From Amphiscolops sp. MND2022 (lineage: Eukaryota), in NCBI GenBank assembly GCA_964187785.1, contig OZ076409.1:90584001-90648000 (forward strand): 64,000 nt of DNA. The letters run 5' to 3'. Position numbers and translations under genes: made by a program. Below, one piece after another: positions 50,090-62,603 of this stretch (position 1 is its first letter; the number at the start of each line of letters is the position of its first letter). The notes beneath the pieces are model-generated. The model ran no database searches, was not told where the DNA came from, and was given only the letters and a program-made list of their open reading frames with translations.

Positions 50090-52830
50090 AAAATGTCCCA
50101 AAGAGGAATCAATAAGTTCTGCTCCGCTCAAAGATGTTGTAAACACAGCGGCAGAATTTTTTGGGGAGGGTGCATAAAATGCCGTAAATGGTTCCATATC
50201 AAATGCGTGGGTATTACGAAAAAGCAGTCGGGGGAAGGAAGGTTTTTTGTGCAGACCTTGCCAAGTTGTGGATACGGGTGCACCATTGCCCCTTACCATT
50301 GATACTCCAATAGCTGTCACCAAAGCAAACCCCGCTATTCAGAAACGAGTACCCAAACACTCACGTATTCCATTAGCAAAGCTTCTCAACGAAGCGCTTG
50401 TTGGCATAGTAGCAAAGCCACATGACGAATCGTGTTGGGTGAGTTTCTTTCTACAATTTTGCACCATTATGAAACAGCCAAAACGATCTGGCAAACGACA
50501 GAAATCTGATCTGGGGAGTATCAAATGCGAGAGGATCAACAAAGGTCCTGCTCTTGGTGATCTAGTCGTCCCGCGTGAATTGGAGTATTCTAAACTCGAG
50601 CAAGATTGCAAAAAAAGGATCAAGTTGGTCTCCGCCAAGCTCGATGAAGGGAACGTTCGAGCGGGAAGAAGACTATCAGCGTCTGACGACACAGTAGCTC
50701 CCTTTGACAACAACACTTATAAAAAACTTCAGTCAAAACAACCCCCTCGAGCCGCAAATCACGCCCTACAAGTCGTCGAAGATAGCTTAATTGTGTTTGA
50801 GCCCACTATAGCGAAGGCAATTAACTCATTCCCTTCTGGGTCGTCGGGAGGACCAAGCCTACTTGTGCCCCAGTTGTAAAAAAACCTCATCGCAAAGAGA
50901 AACGGGCCCATAGGCAACGAGATCCTCCAGAAGCTAACAAGCGTACTAAATATTGTTTTAATCTCTTGCAAAATCCTTGTAGGGTAGAGATCATTTTTCT
51001 TCGGTGCTAAACTTAACCTTAACGACCTTCCGAAAAAAGACGACAGAGTCCAACCACTTGCGGTTGGAAACACGCTGCGTCGAATTTGCTCAAAATGTGT
51101 GAGCTCCTTCGTGACTGACCCAACGACGAATTGATTCCATGGTACGCAGTTCGGCTGCGGGACAAGTCGTGGAGCCGAAACCGCAGCACATGTTTTTCGA
51201 AATCTCATTGAGAATGAGAAAAATCCTTAAAACGTTATTCTGAAGATGGATTTCAAAAATGGTTTTAACTCGCTGAAACGTGACAAAATGTAAGACACCG
51301 TTTTCCGAAAGCGACGCCAGATTTACAAATACACGCACTCTGCATATAGCGAAACCTCTCATCTCTTCTTCGGAGACAAAGTAATTCAATTTGCAATAGG
51401 GCTGTCAGCAAGGGGATCCCGAAGGTCCAGCTCTCTTCTCCGACACTGTTCAAGACCTCGTTAACCAAATGGTTTCGCAATATAATGTTTGGTACCTCGA
51501 CGACGGAAATCTTTCGGATCACTATCGGACGGTCCTTGAGGACCTCAAACGAATCATTGCTTGCACCGACGAGTATGGGTTATTACTAGAAAAAACTAAA
51601 TGTTACTGTTTTCCTAGGAAATTGTACCGAAAGCTCAAAAAAGAGAATCAAAGCGCTTTTTGACGAAATTTTCCCGGGTATTGAAGTGAATGATTGTGAG
51701 AATTTGGAAGTTGTAGGGTCGCTAAAGGAGGCAAATGCATTCCGAGTCCTGTTGTACAAAACCCTGATTGAATTGCAAAGACTCTCTGATGTTGGTACGA
51801 AACTAGACGCCCACTATGCTTTCTACCTGTTGAAGAACTGTTTCAGTCTACCCAAACTACTGTACTTTCCTCGCACCAGCCCTTGCTTTGAAGAGTTGGA
51901 TCTCTTACAGCAATATGATTCCATTATCCGCAAATCATTGTCCAAAAACTGTAATGTCAATTTCAATGAAAGCAGCTATACTCAGGCAATTCTCTCAGTC
52001 TCCAAGGGGATCACAGGCATTGTATCGGCTTCCCAGATTGCTCTTCTTGCTTTTTTAGCTTCAGCAACGGGCGCCAAATGTGCTCTGACTTGTATCTTTC
52101 CGGAAGACTACGTTGATGCATCGTTTGAAAAGGCAAGAAAATTGTGACTGACGAAGGCAAACCTATCAGAAGCACCGTCGGACTTCATCCAAAAACATTG
52201 AACGTCTCCTTTGAGTGATGCTACTTTTGATCATCTTATAATAGACCTTGATGAGGAAAATGTCAAAAGAGTGAACGCTTGCCGTTGTGGTAAACTTGTC
52301 GAAGAGAACGGACATCATGGTCTTTCCTGTGCCAGAAGCGAGGGACGTTTCTCAAGGAACCACAACCTTAATACTCTAGTGAAACAGGCGCTGAGTTCCA
52401 TCAAAGTTCCCTCAGTTCTGGACCCAAATGGACTGACCCGAACAGACGGAAAGCGCCCAGACGGAATTACCCTTGCGCCCTGAGAGGAAGGCAAGCAATT
52501 AGTGTGGGATGTTGCCTGTGTCGATCTTCTTGCCCACAGCAGAATAGAGAACGGATCTGTTGCCAACCCAAGCACAGCCGCTGAGGATGCAGAGGAATTG
52601 AAAACAGCTAAGTACGTTTGTTTGACTGACAAAAGATACATGTTCCAACCTTTAGCCTTTGAAATTCAGGGAGGAGTCGGACCTTCCACGTCTACGTTCT
52701 TGAAGCATCTGTGTAAAAAATTGTGCGTGTTCAACCAGGAAAACAGAGCCGGGTCGTTTTTCAGGCAGAGAGTCTCTCTCGCAATCCAGGCAAGCAATGC
52801 GGCCAGTGTAGTTGGAACGGTTTGAGACGA
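50090..52830 (+). pseudogene. Near-full-length decayed CRE-like (RLE) non-LTR retrotransposon with an N-terminal PHD-like finger
   Basis: CIKCRKWFHIKCVG; FPSGSSGGPS; PLAVGNTLRR; QQGDPEGP..WYLDDG; CRCG..HGLSC..RNH; KRPDG..WDVAC..PLAFE. Confidence 0.9.
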
Positions 52831-53055
52831 TCACTTGAGCGAACTTTACTACTTATAAATCTGTGTTCAATGACCGTTTTGTTTAATCAAGAAATTTATG
52901 TGTTCTTAAGGCTTCATAATCGTTACCTTTTCACGGGCCTCATTAAGTTTCTGAATTGAAATATTTGAAATGTCCTTCATCCATTGAACTCTCAGGTTGC
53001 GTGATCTCTTCTTTTTGTTTCCTTTCTTGGTTGGAGTTTCTGTGTCTGTCGCCCG

Positions 53056-53255
53056 NNNNNNNNNNNNNNNNNNNNNNNNNNNNNNNNNNNNNNNNNNNNN
53101 NNNNNNNNNNNNNNNNNNNNNNNNNNNNNNNNNNNNNNNNNNNNNNNNNNNNNNNNNNNNNNNNNNNNNNNNNNNNNNNNNNNNNNNNNNNNNNNNNNNN
53201 NNNNNNNNNNNNNNNNNNNNNNNNNNNNNNNNNNNNNNNNNNNNNNNNNNNNNNN
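53056..53255. other. Assembly gap (200 N)
   Basis: Run of N. Confidence 1.
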
Positions 53256-56200
53256 AGGGAAATATTCAAGTTTCTACTTCTCCCTGGCGGCCACAAGCCT
53301 TTGTCGTTAGGGATGGTCCCAAGCCACTAATGGTGATAACTATTCGCAGACAAATAATCGTCACACGTCCAAGGATGCGTTTCCCTTCCCAAATATGCAA
53401 GACCTGCTTGATCAAGCAGTTGAGAACACTGTTTGTTTCGAAAATCGATCTGAAGTCTGCGTACCATCAAATCCATCGCAAGGACAAGCCATTCACTGCA
53501 TTCGAAGTAAACGGACGTCTTTTTGAGTTCACCAGACGTCCCTTTGGGGTCACAAATGCTGTAGCGGCATTTCAACGAGAAATGAAAGCTTTTGTGCGCC
53601 GAAAACCTGATGAACTTCCTAAAAGCGGCCGAGATTGAGGGTCTGACGCTGAACAACGCTAACTGCGTTTTTGACTATAAGACAATGCCATTGGTTTGTC
53701 ATTGGTCACTTTGTGGGAGCTGGATCTAACCGCCCTGACGCGAGTCGAATCAAGACTCTGATGGATTCCCCGAAAATTCGTCCAGTTGAAACGTCTCTTC
53801 GGATTCTTTGCGTACAACGTAAAGTGGGTTGCAGATTACTCGAATAAGGTTGTTCCTCTACACACAGCACAGAAACAATTAGCCTTTCCGCTCAAACAAG
53901 CTTCTCAACTGGCTATTGCAACACTCAAGAAGGAAGTACTCTGTAATCTGCCTTCCCCGGCCAAACGAGCCCCTCGTTTTCCAAACCGACGCGTCCGGAT
54001 CCAGTATCGGAGCGACCCTCGTTCAGGGCGACAAAACAGTCGGCTTCTTCTTGACAACTTTGAAACATAGCTAAATGGCGTACTCGGTTGTCGAACAGGA
54101 AGCTATAGCTATCATGGAAGGCTTTCGCCGTTTCTCGGACCTGCTACGTACGTCTCGAGTATTAGTTCGCACCGAGCAAAAAGCGCTCTCTTTCATATTT
54201 GGACCCAACTCTTCCAGAGTGAAAAATGACAAGTTGATTCGCTGGCGCATGGAACTGTCGGATTACAACTTCGAAATAGGTTGTCGGAAGGGTTCTCAGA
54301 ACGTGCCAGCTGACGCGCTGTCTCGATTAGCGATCATACAGCCCAGCTGTAAAACCTTATACGAGACACTTGCACATCATGGAGTGACCCGACTTTACTA
54401 GTACATTCAAAAACACAAAGTCCCAATCTCCCTAGGTGTGATGAAAAGTGTTACTGAGAACTGCAAAACGTGCGCTCTATGGAAACCGCACTTGTTGCGG
54501 CGGCCCGGCGCCAGGCAGCAATCTTACCCGGTCCTACAAACCTTGGGACCGACTATCAATCGACCTTGTTGGCCCTAAACCAATGACTCGAAGCAAAAAC
54601 CAATACCTTCTCATAGTGGTGGACGAGTTTAGTGGGTTTCCGTTTGCCTTCCCTCTCAAGTCTAGTAGCGTCAAGAAATGTCTTTTGACACCTTTTGCCA
54701 TCTGCGGAACCCCGGGTTCATTCACTAGGACCGAGGCACAGAGTTCGTGTCATCGGAATTCCAAATTTTCTGCCGCCAAAATGGAATTGCGACATCCAAC
54801 ACTACGACCTACTATCTTCAAGGCAATGGCCAAAACGAACGCCAAAACGGAATTGTGCGTAAAACCATTCAGTGACTGTTACACTCCGCTAACCGCCCAC
54901 TCTCTGACTGGGAAAATGTCCTACCATCGGAAAATGTTCTCGTCGATCCGGACACTCAGCAATACCGTCACCAAAGAGAGTCCACATGACCGCTTCTTTT
55001 ATTTCAAACGCGGAGAGCCGCTCATCCGTGCCTCCAAGAGCGCACCTTGGCTCAAGGCAGACACACCCGTTTACATCCGGAAACTCGTAAGGGCAAAAGA
55101 CTAAGCTCCAGTTGTCCTGTACAGAAATCCGAAGTAATATTCCCTCACCTTGCACGAGTCTCCTTTGGCGATAGGCGAGTTGACACGGTTTCTATCAGTG
55201 AACTCTCTCGACGACCGCGGATGTTGACAATGAAGGAATGATCTCTCAACTGGCTGTAAATAGGTCGAATTTTTCTGGTCGAAAGGACAGAGGTCGAACC
55301 TTTTGATCGAATTGCAGGGATCGAGTGGAATGCGGTCGAATTTTATCGTATTCGTTGTATGACTCGGTCGCTTCGCTCCCTTCGCCAAGTAGCAACATTG
55401 GGGCATGGCCATATGGCACGTCGCTCCGCTTCGCTTCGCTCCTGCATTCAGGGCACTAGGGGTATGTGAAGATATCTGACTACGTTAAAAAAATTTCGAT
55501 CCGAGTTGTTTCGATCCCTTTCAAAAATTTGGTATGTCGACCTGAGGGATTGCATGAAATGGGTTGAATGAAATAGGTCGAAAAGAATTAGGTCGACCCT
55601 TTTGGTCGAATAACTTAGGTCGAATTGACTGAGGTCGAATTGGATCGAATGGAATTGGGTCGAAATCAATATGTTGTCTCCCTAGAACTTGGCATTTTTC
55701 AAGGTCGACCCAAGTCTATTCGACCCAATTCCGAAACGGTGAAGATTCGACCCATTTCTTTCGACCCATTTCCGTTCACCCGACCTGAGGGGAACAAGAC
55801 GTTTCGGCACAAGACGTTTCGGCAACAAGATGGCGGAAGACGTTTCGGCAACAAAATGTTGCCGAAACGTCTTTCTCCTGCTGTGAAGACATTTCGGCAC
55901 CAAAGACGTTTCGGCAACAAGAAGAATAATCTGTAGTTTTCTTTAGTATGAAACGTGCCCCATATATGTCCCTATTTCCTCTAGTGCCCCGCGGCCCCTT
56001 GGGGCCGCTTATTTTCCCATCTTGCTAAGCGAGGTCGAACAGGAGCAAAGACCTAGCGGAAACGGAGATCGCGAAGCGATCGTAGTGTGAGCTGGTCTTT
56101 GCGACGGTGAGGGCGAGCGTGCATACACCGAATATGCCCCCACATTAGAAGGGGAAGGTACTGAAAATTTGTTGCCGAAACGTCTTTCACCTGCTGTGAA

Positions 56201-57002
56201 GACGTTTCGGCACCAAAGACGTTTCGGCAACAAAAAGTTGCCGAAACGTCTTCCGCCATCTTGTTGCCGAAACGTCTTGTGCCGAAACGTCCGGAACCCG
56301 ACCTGAGGACTAACTCTGATTTTCGATCACGTTCCTTCGACCTATTTCCGCCCACCCTCTCGCAACCAGGCAATCAGTGCAGAGATAAGGAATCTCCTTT
56401 ACTGGTTCCACAGATTCAGGTTCAACTCGCCCATCGCCAAAGGAGACTCGTGCAAGGTGAGGGGAGATTACTTCGGATATCTGTACAGGACAACTAGAGC
56501 TTGGTCTTTTGCCCTTACGAGTTTCCGGATGTAAACGGGTGTGTCTGCCTTGAGCCAATGTCCTCTCTTGGAGGGACGGATGAGCGGCTCACCGCGTTTG
56601 AAATAAAAGAAGCGGTCATGTGGACTCTCTTTGGTGACGGTATTTCTGAGTGTCCGGATCGACGAGAACATTTACCGATGGTAGGACATTTTCCCAGTCA
56701 GAGAGTAGGCGGTTAGCGGTTTCCTGAATCTGTGGAACCAGTAAAGGAATCTCAAGCCAGTCCGGACTCTCCTGCTCCCACCTTGCGACGCTCGGCGAGG
56801 GACAGGAAACCGCCTACGTACCTGGCGACTTTGTGTTGACGACGAACAAGGGAAGGACTGTTATGAATGTAATATATGTGTATTTATTAATACTGGTATA
56901 TAATGTCGTTGTCTTTTATGTTAGCCTAATTGTTGTATGTATGCTTCAGATGGATGCTCATCAAATAGAAACTTCCTGCAAGTAGTGTTTTCCTTCACGA
57001 CA
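53256..57002 (+). mobile_element. Decayed Gypsy 3' half, copy B (paralog of 45300-48522), with a MITE insertion and an internal inverted duplication
   Basis: SPWR..SKIDLKSAYHQI..PFGVTNAVAAFQR; long near-identity with copy A; same LTR end cacgaca. Confidence 0.85.
55251..56357. mobile_element. Mutator-like non-autonomous element related to 47647-48505
   Basis: 9-bp TSD tctctcaac/tctcgcaac; same terminal blocks as 47647-48505; the empty site is at ~47290. Confidence 0.75.
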
Positions 57003-57546
57003 CACTGAATTATGTGTTCTAGTGTGGCAGTTGACTGTCCTGTAAATCACTCAGTTTCTGTTTCTTTAACTGGAAGTTGTATTTATTTTTTTTTGTAGAT
57101 GCATTGAATTATTGAAAATGAATGATGACATTCGAAAAGCTCAATATAACCAGTTTTATTTTCTTGAACTATCACTTAAATTGTTCAACTATCAGATATC
57201 ATGGATCTTCGTCATCAATCAAGTGCCATGTGTATCATCATATTGGGGGGAGGAGACACACACCCGTGGTCTGCAACGAAAGTAGGGAACCCTATACCAG
57301 CAACTATCCCACTAAAGCAGTAACAAAAAAAACTACTCATACCAGTCACTATCCCAGTGCGACCTGAAGAATTTCGCATGAAACGACCTGTTCAACTATT
57401 TTTACGATCCAATTAAATGGGAATTAATCTCGTGGGAAATTCGAAGCCGGCTTTTCCTCTTACGTTATTGTATATTACAATACGGAACACTTAGTGCACA
57501 TTGTGCAGTCTTTCAGCCCATTTTGTTTTCAGATGCTATTTCATGA

Positions 57547-60500
57547 ATGAACTTTTTGTTCAACCCTCCTGATATTGACATCCTTTTGTCAGATGTACGC
57601 TCTCGCAAATCGGTTGAGATCAAAGTTGATGACTCCGGAAAACGTGAACGACAGCCACTGTTTTATGATGGTGAGAGTATCGCGGGAAAAGTCAATTTTA
57701 CATTGAAAAACAACAAACCTTTTGATCATAACGGTATAAAAATAGAATTTATTGGATTAATTCAAACCTTCAATGACCGAACTTCGAGTCATGAGTTTTT
57801 AAGCTTGTCTAAAGAGCTCGCAAGAGCTGGAGAGTTGTCTCATTCAAACAGCTGTTCTTTCGAATTCCGAGAGGTTGAGAAACCTTATGAGACGTATTAT
57901 GGTGCAAGTGTTAAATTGAGGTACTTCCTGCGTGTAACAATCAACAAGTTGTTGAGTAAGTAATCTATTCCAATATGATTTTTTGGACTCAACTTTTGTT
58001 ACACTGTCAAGCTACTTTCTTTAGGCAATATTACGAAAGAGATGGGAATAGCAGTGCATGCAATGAGCTATTACCCGATCACTTTACTTCCTGATCCCGG
58101 GCTCAAAACAGAAGTTGGAATTGAAGACTCTCTGCATATCGAATTCGAATATGACAAACCCCGGTGAGCTTTTGGGTTAATTGACTGTTCTGATTTTACA
58201 GTTGTCACATAATCGTTACTCGATTCTGCCACGTGTATTGAATGGAAATTGTTACCTTGTCGTCGGCAAATTTTTAGCTTTTGAAAGAAGTTCCAGTCTT
58301 GAGATTTGCATCATTTTCGTTTTTATCGAAGGAAGTGTTGAAGAGAAAGCACCGGTTTTTTAACATCTTTATGCCGGAAATATGATAGAGAAACATTTCA
58401 TCAAAATTAGCACAAGTGTAACTTTTTGGCGAATTCCAGGATGGTACAACTTAATTTCCTAGGACACAAATTTTTGGTATGTAGATTAGTCCCAGTGAAC
58501 CAGTTTTATTACGCAATATTATTTTATTTTGGGTCATCTTGGCCGTACAACTACGGAAATGGCATCTTGCTTATTTTGGGTTTGTTTAATCGTTTATCTC
58601 TTAATTCTCACTTAGTGTCCTCGGTTTTGGTCCCATTTAAAATCCAACTATCATCATGTTGATACAGATGGAGCCGGTTTGCGAGATTCTTGTTCATTTT
58701 CTAAAGTTGCAAAAAAATGTTCGATTCCGAAGATACTTTCTTTTTGAGCTTCTTTATGTAGATTGAGTCAAGTGAACCAGTGTCATGCATTTCTGTTTAG
58801 AGAATATGACTCCGCCAATAGGGGAATTTTTGGAAATTCTCATTACTTTTCGCTGCAGGCACCTTCCGAGGTTTCACTAACATCCACTAGCAAATCTTGA
58901 AAACATTGCACCGGATTCTACAGCAAATTTCAGTGGAACCCGCAATAAATATTATTGCATATCGGTTCAGTCGGTTCCGTTAAAATGCCGACGAATGCCA
59001 TGAAAATAGTGGTGTCCGTTGATTTTGTGTTTTTTTCTGTTCGGCACAGTAATATACAAGTTTTTATGAGAAGGCCCCTTTTGAACCCACAATCGTTTGC
59101 CAAGCCGCCAGTTGTCAAGAAACCCAATCTCTCGTCTGTGTACAAAACTTTCTTGCCTCTAATGTAGTTCCAGCAAAAAAAGAAGAAGAGGATGTATATG
59201 TTGGCAATTTTCTTATTGTGCTTTTTTCATTGAGTCAAAAACGAAATTTTCAAGTGTTCCAGGTACCACCTCAAGGATGTAATTGTGGGCAAAGTGTATT
59301 TTTTGGTGATTCGTCTGAAACTGAAGAGTATGGAGATAGAGTTGTTGCGAAAAGAGATCACTGGAGCACAGAACTCGTCTTCATACAGCAGTGGCGCTTT
59401 GGTGGAGAGGACGGATTACATCTTGAAGTACGAGGTGATGGACGGTAGCCCCAACAAAGGAGAAACGGTGCCCATTAGAATATTCCTGGCTGGCTACGAC
59501 CTGCAACCAACTATGCGCGACATCGCCAAAATGTTCTCTGTAAAGTTAGTTACCTTCTCCTAGTAACAATGCGCTCAGATGTCTTGCGTTCAAAATCGAA
59601 AACCTAGTTCTGGAACATTCTAGTTTGATGAGTCTGAAGGGTTGCGGAAGCTTTTGAGAAACACTAGAGCAATTAGAATATCAAATACGTTTTCGGTTGA
59701 CTAAAATGTTTCTGAATGTTGACATTCATCTGCATTATGTCTAATACCTGCAGGTCAGCGTTACCTGCTTCGAAAGCTTTGACCGAACTGAAATTTTCAA
59801 GGAAAAAAATGTGGTTAAACCATTCTGAAGCCCACGTATGTTTTTAACGATTGGTTATTGGAATTTATCAGTTTTGGTAGTACGATGATTGTTCATCAGT
59901 TGCATGTGTGAATTGTCGAATGTTTCCATGGATTTGTGGAAATTTAGGGTTTAAGATGTCTGTCCTAACTCAGATCAATTACTTTGAGTTTTGTGTTGAC
60001 AAAGTTGCGAAAGCGAGTTGTGAAGAACTAGATAAATTTAACCACATTGGTGGAACTATATATTATGTATATTATGTCGTTTTGGAAGGACCAATCTTCA
60101 TTCTTGATTCAATTTGAATTTAACCAAAAAACGTTTTCTGTCTTGATGTTTCAATATCGTAATTCACTAATTATTTGAAATCGAATATTTTTTTCTTGGA
60201 ATGCTTCCAATTTTCACTAAATTGACATGTCTCACTAAATTGACATCTTGTAAAACAACAAGGGGTGAAAGTTTGTTATCCTCAAAGTGAAATTTTCATT
60301 AAGTTGTTTTTCTTATCTATTAAATTCAGACTAAGGTAAAGCACCTCTCGATATGCTTTGTGCCCTGTGCCCGCTGCTTGAATTACGGGTCGCTAATGTA
60401 TTACAATATTATATGCTGAAGTAGCATTTGATCATTATCATTGATTAAAATTGGGACTGCTTCCTGTTTTCATTTCTATTCTTCTTGATTAAAAATCTTT

Positions 60501-62603
60501 GGTGATTTGTTCAACAGATAGTCTTAAAGTAAGTGGTACGTCTGAAGTGCTGTGTCGCAAACTCTCATTATTCGTTGGTAGTCTTTGAATTTCGCATGTA
60601 ACCCAACTATTGATTCCATTGGCACGAGTTCGTGCGGTGGAAATATTCTTCGCGGAACAACCGAATAGAAATTTAACGGTTAACCAACTAGACAACAGTG
60701 AATTAGATCGCTAGTAAGCGAAAGCGAAGTAATATCCGAATAAGCGACGACTGAAATTTGCGCTTATATGATTGGTCGGAATTTTTTTGCTATTTTGGTA
60801 AGAAAAAGTGTCCAACTCTTACGTGGCAAGGTTCTGCACCAGTACAGTTGAACGTATTTGTCTCTTGTGGTGGTAGTTTGATGAGAAGAAAGAGCAACCA
60901 AACGAAATTTCCAAAAGTTCGAAATGTAAAAAAATGCAGCTTTTGAAAGCCTAAATTTGCTGAGCCAAAATTTTCTTCCAAAATGCGCCGCTCAAGCGTT
61001 AGCGGGCCAGTCATAAGCGCAACGAGCAATAAGTGCGTTTTTGGTGGAACCTAATTCACTGCTAGACAACCTTTTCCGCAAATAGAAATCTCTTTTCTAA
61101 CATCTTTTGAAAGATTTGAGAAAAGGCCTCAGCAATATCAGTCTCAAAATGTGCCCATGCGGACGGAGGATTGCGACTGAGGTAGTTGAAGTCTTGTGTG
61201 ACAGTCGAAAAATTGAACCAGTATGAAACACTTCAAGTCGTAATTAGAAATGTTTTTCGGATATTATAAACTGTGCAAGGTCTGTATATAGCAGGGTTTT
61301 GAAATCGTTAATTTTTTCGCTAAACCGCTAATTGCAAGTTCGCTTTTTCGCTGAAAAAAAGTGTTTTTCCAAACTATGGTATGTTTGACTTAGATTATAT
61401 TTTAAACTTAAAAGATAATTTATGTTTTGCAAAAATGTGGAATTTTTCATACTGTGTGAAATTTTGATTTAGGACATTCTATTAGTTGCCGCAAATTTGA
61501 ATCGCTAATGAAATCGCTGAAAAATTCCCGCACGGCCGCTAATTAGCGGTGTTAAATATCTAGTGTATAGTACAGTGTATGGTGTAGCTCCCTTTTTTGT
61601 AACAGATATTATTTAAACCTGGTGCTCATCGACGAAGATGACAGACGCTACTACAAGACACGTGAGATCCAGTTGTGGCGCAGATGGGACAAGTTCTATC
61701 GCACTTACCGCAACGTAGACTCCAGCCACAGTTCTTCCGTCGGGGGTGCCTCCGAGAGGACCTCTGACAGACACTCACATCTGGCGCGGAATCAGAACCC
61801 CCCGCCGACCAGTTGCCCTAAACAGGGGGGTGAGACTGCAACCACTGGTGTCCATATTTACCTGTACTTTAAATAATCGTTTAAAGGATCCTATAAAACA
61901 TCCTTCATATAAAAGAAAATCATTTAAATGAAATCCTCTAAAGGAATGCTTTAAACAACTGATGAAAAGTGTTGGTTCAGTCCACCACAGAATGGCCAAA
62001 ACTTTCGCATATTGCAAGACTCATTTGTCAATTTTACCCTCACCCACAAACTCTGGACGGGCCTTTTCGAAAGCTGGTTATTTGTCCACAAATTGGCGAA
62101 ATATGCTTGAAATTAGGTTTAATGGCAAACTAACATTGAGATATATATTTTTTGAGAACCCACCTTTCATTAGTTTGACTATGAAAATACTTTAAAAGAT
62201 TCCTATTTGGACCCAACGATACTTTTTCCTTTGAATAATCCTTTTTTGAAAGTTTGTATGGGCACCTCTGAGTGCAACAGCTAAACAGCAACATGTTATC
62301 ACAAAAACAGCGGCCGGGGTTAGTGGCGCTTCCACACAAGATGATCACGAAGAAGTACTACCCCCCGTTGTAACTGGCTGTCCCTCACAAGTGACAAATC
62401 CGAATACGTGCAATAGTGAAACAGACAATGCCGCCCAAGTCGAGGAAAATGACGAAAACAAAGAATCCATGGATTGCCGCGACGTTTTGGAAAATAGTGC
62501 TGTTGCGCTTAAAGATGACAGGAATTTGGAATACACTGACATTGGCGAATCCGGAAAAGAGATGACCACTTCTGAAATTTCTGACTTGCAATCAGCCGCG
62601 TAA
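57547..62603 (+). CDS. VPS26: Vacuolar protein sorting 26 (retromer subunit); exons 57547-57955, 58025-58163, 59263-59544, 61606-61829, 62281-62603
   Basis: LFYDGESIAGKV..HNGIKIEFIG..VEKPYETY..LRYFLRVTI; EVGIEDSLHIEFEY; YHLKDVIVGKVYF..KYEVMDGSP.KGETVPIRIFL; YYLNLVLIDEDDRRYYK; all junctions GT-AG and phase-compatible (1377 nt). The last exon is less certain. Confidence 0.92.

Noticed and set aside
52943..53638. ORFs spanning the N run
   Set aside because: Artefacts of the assembly gap
55797..56290. CRISPR-like short repeats (gacgtttcggca)
   Set aside because: Irregular spacing, both orientations, eukaryotic context; they lie inside a MITE with a TSD
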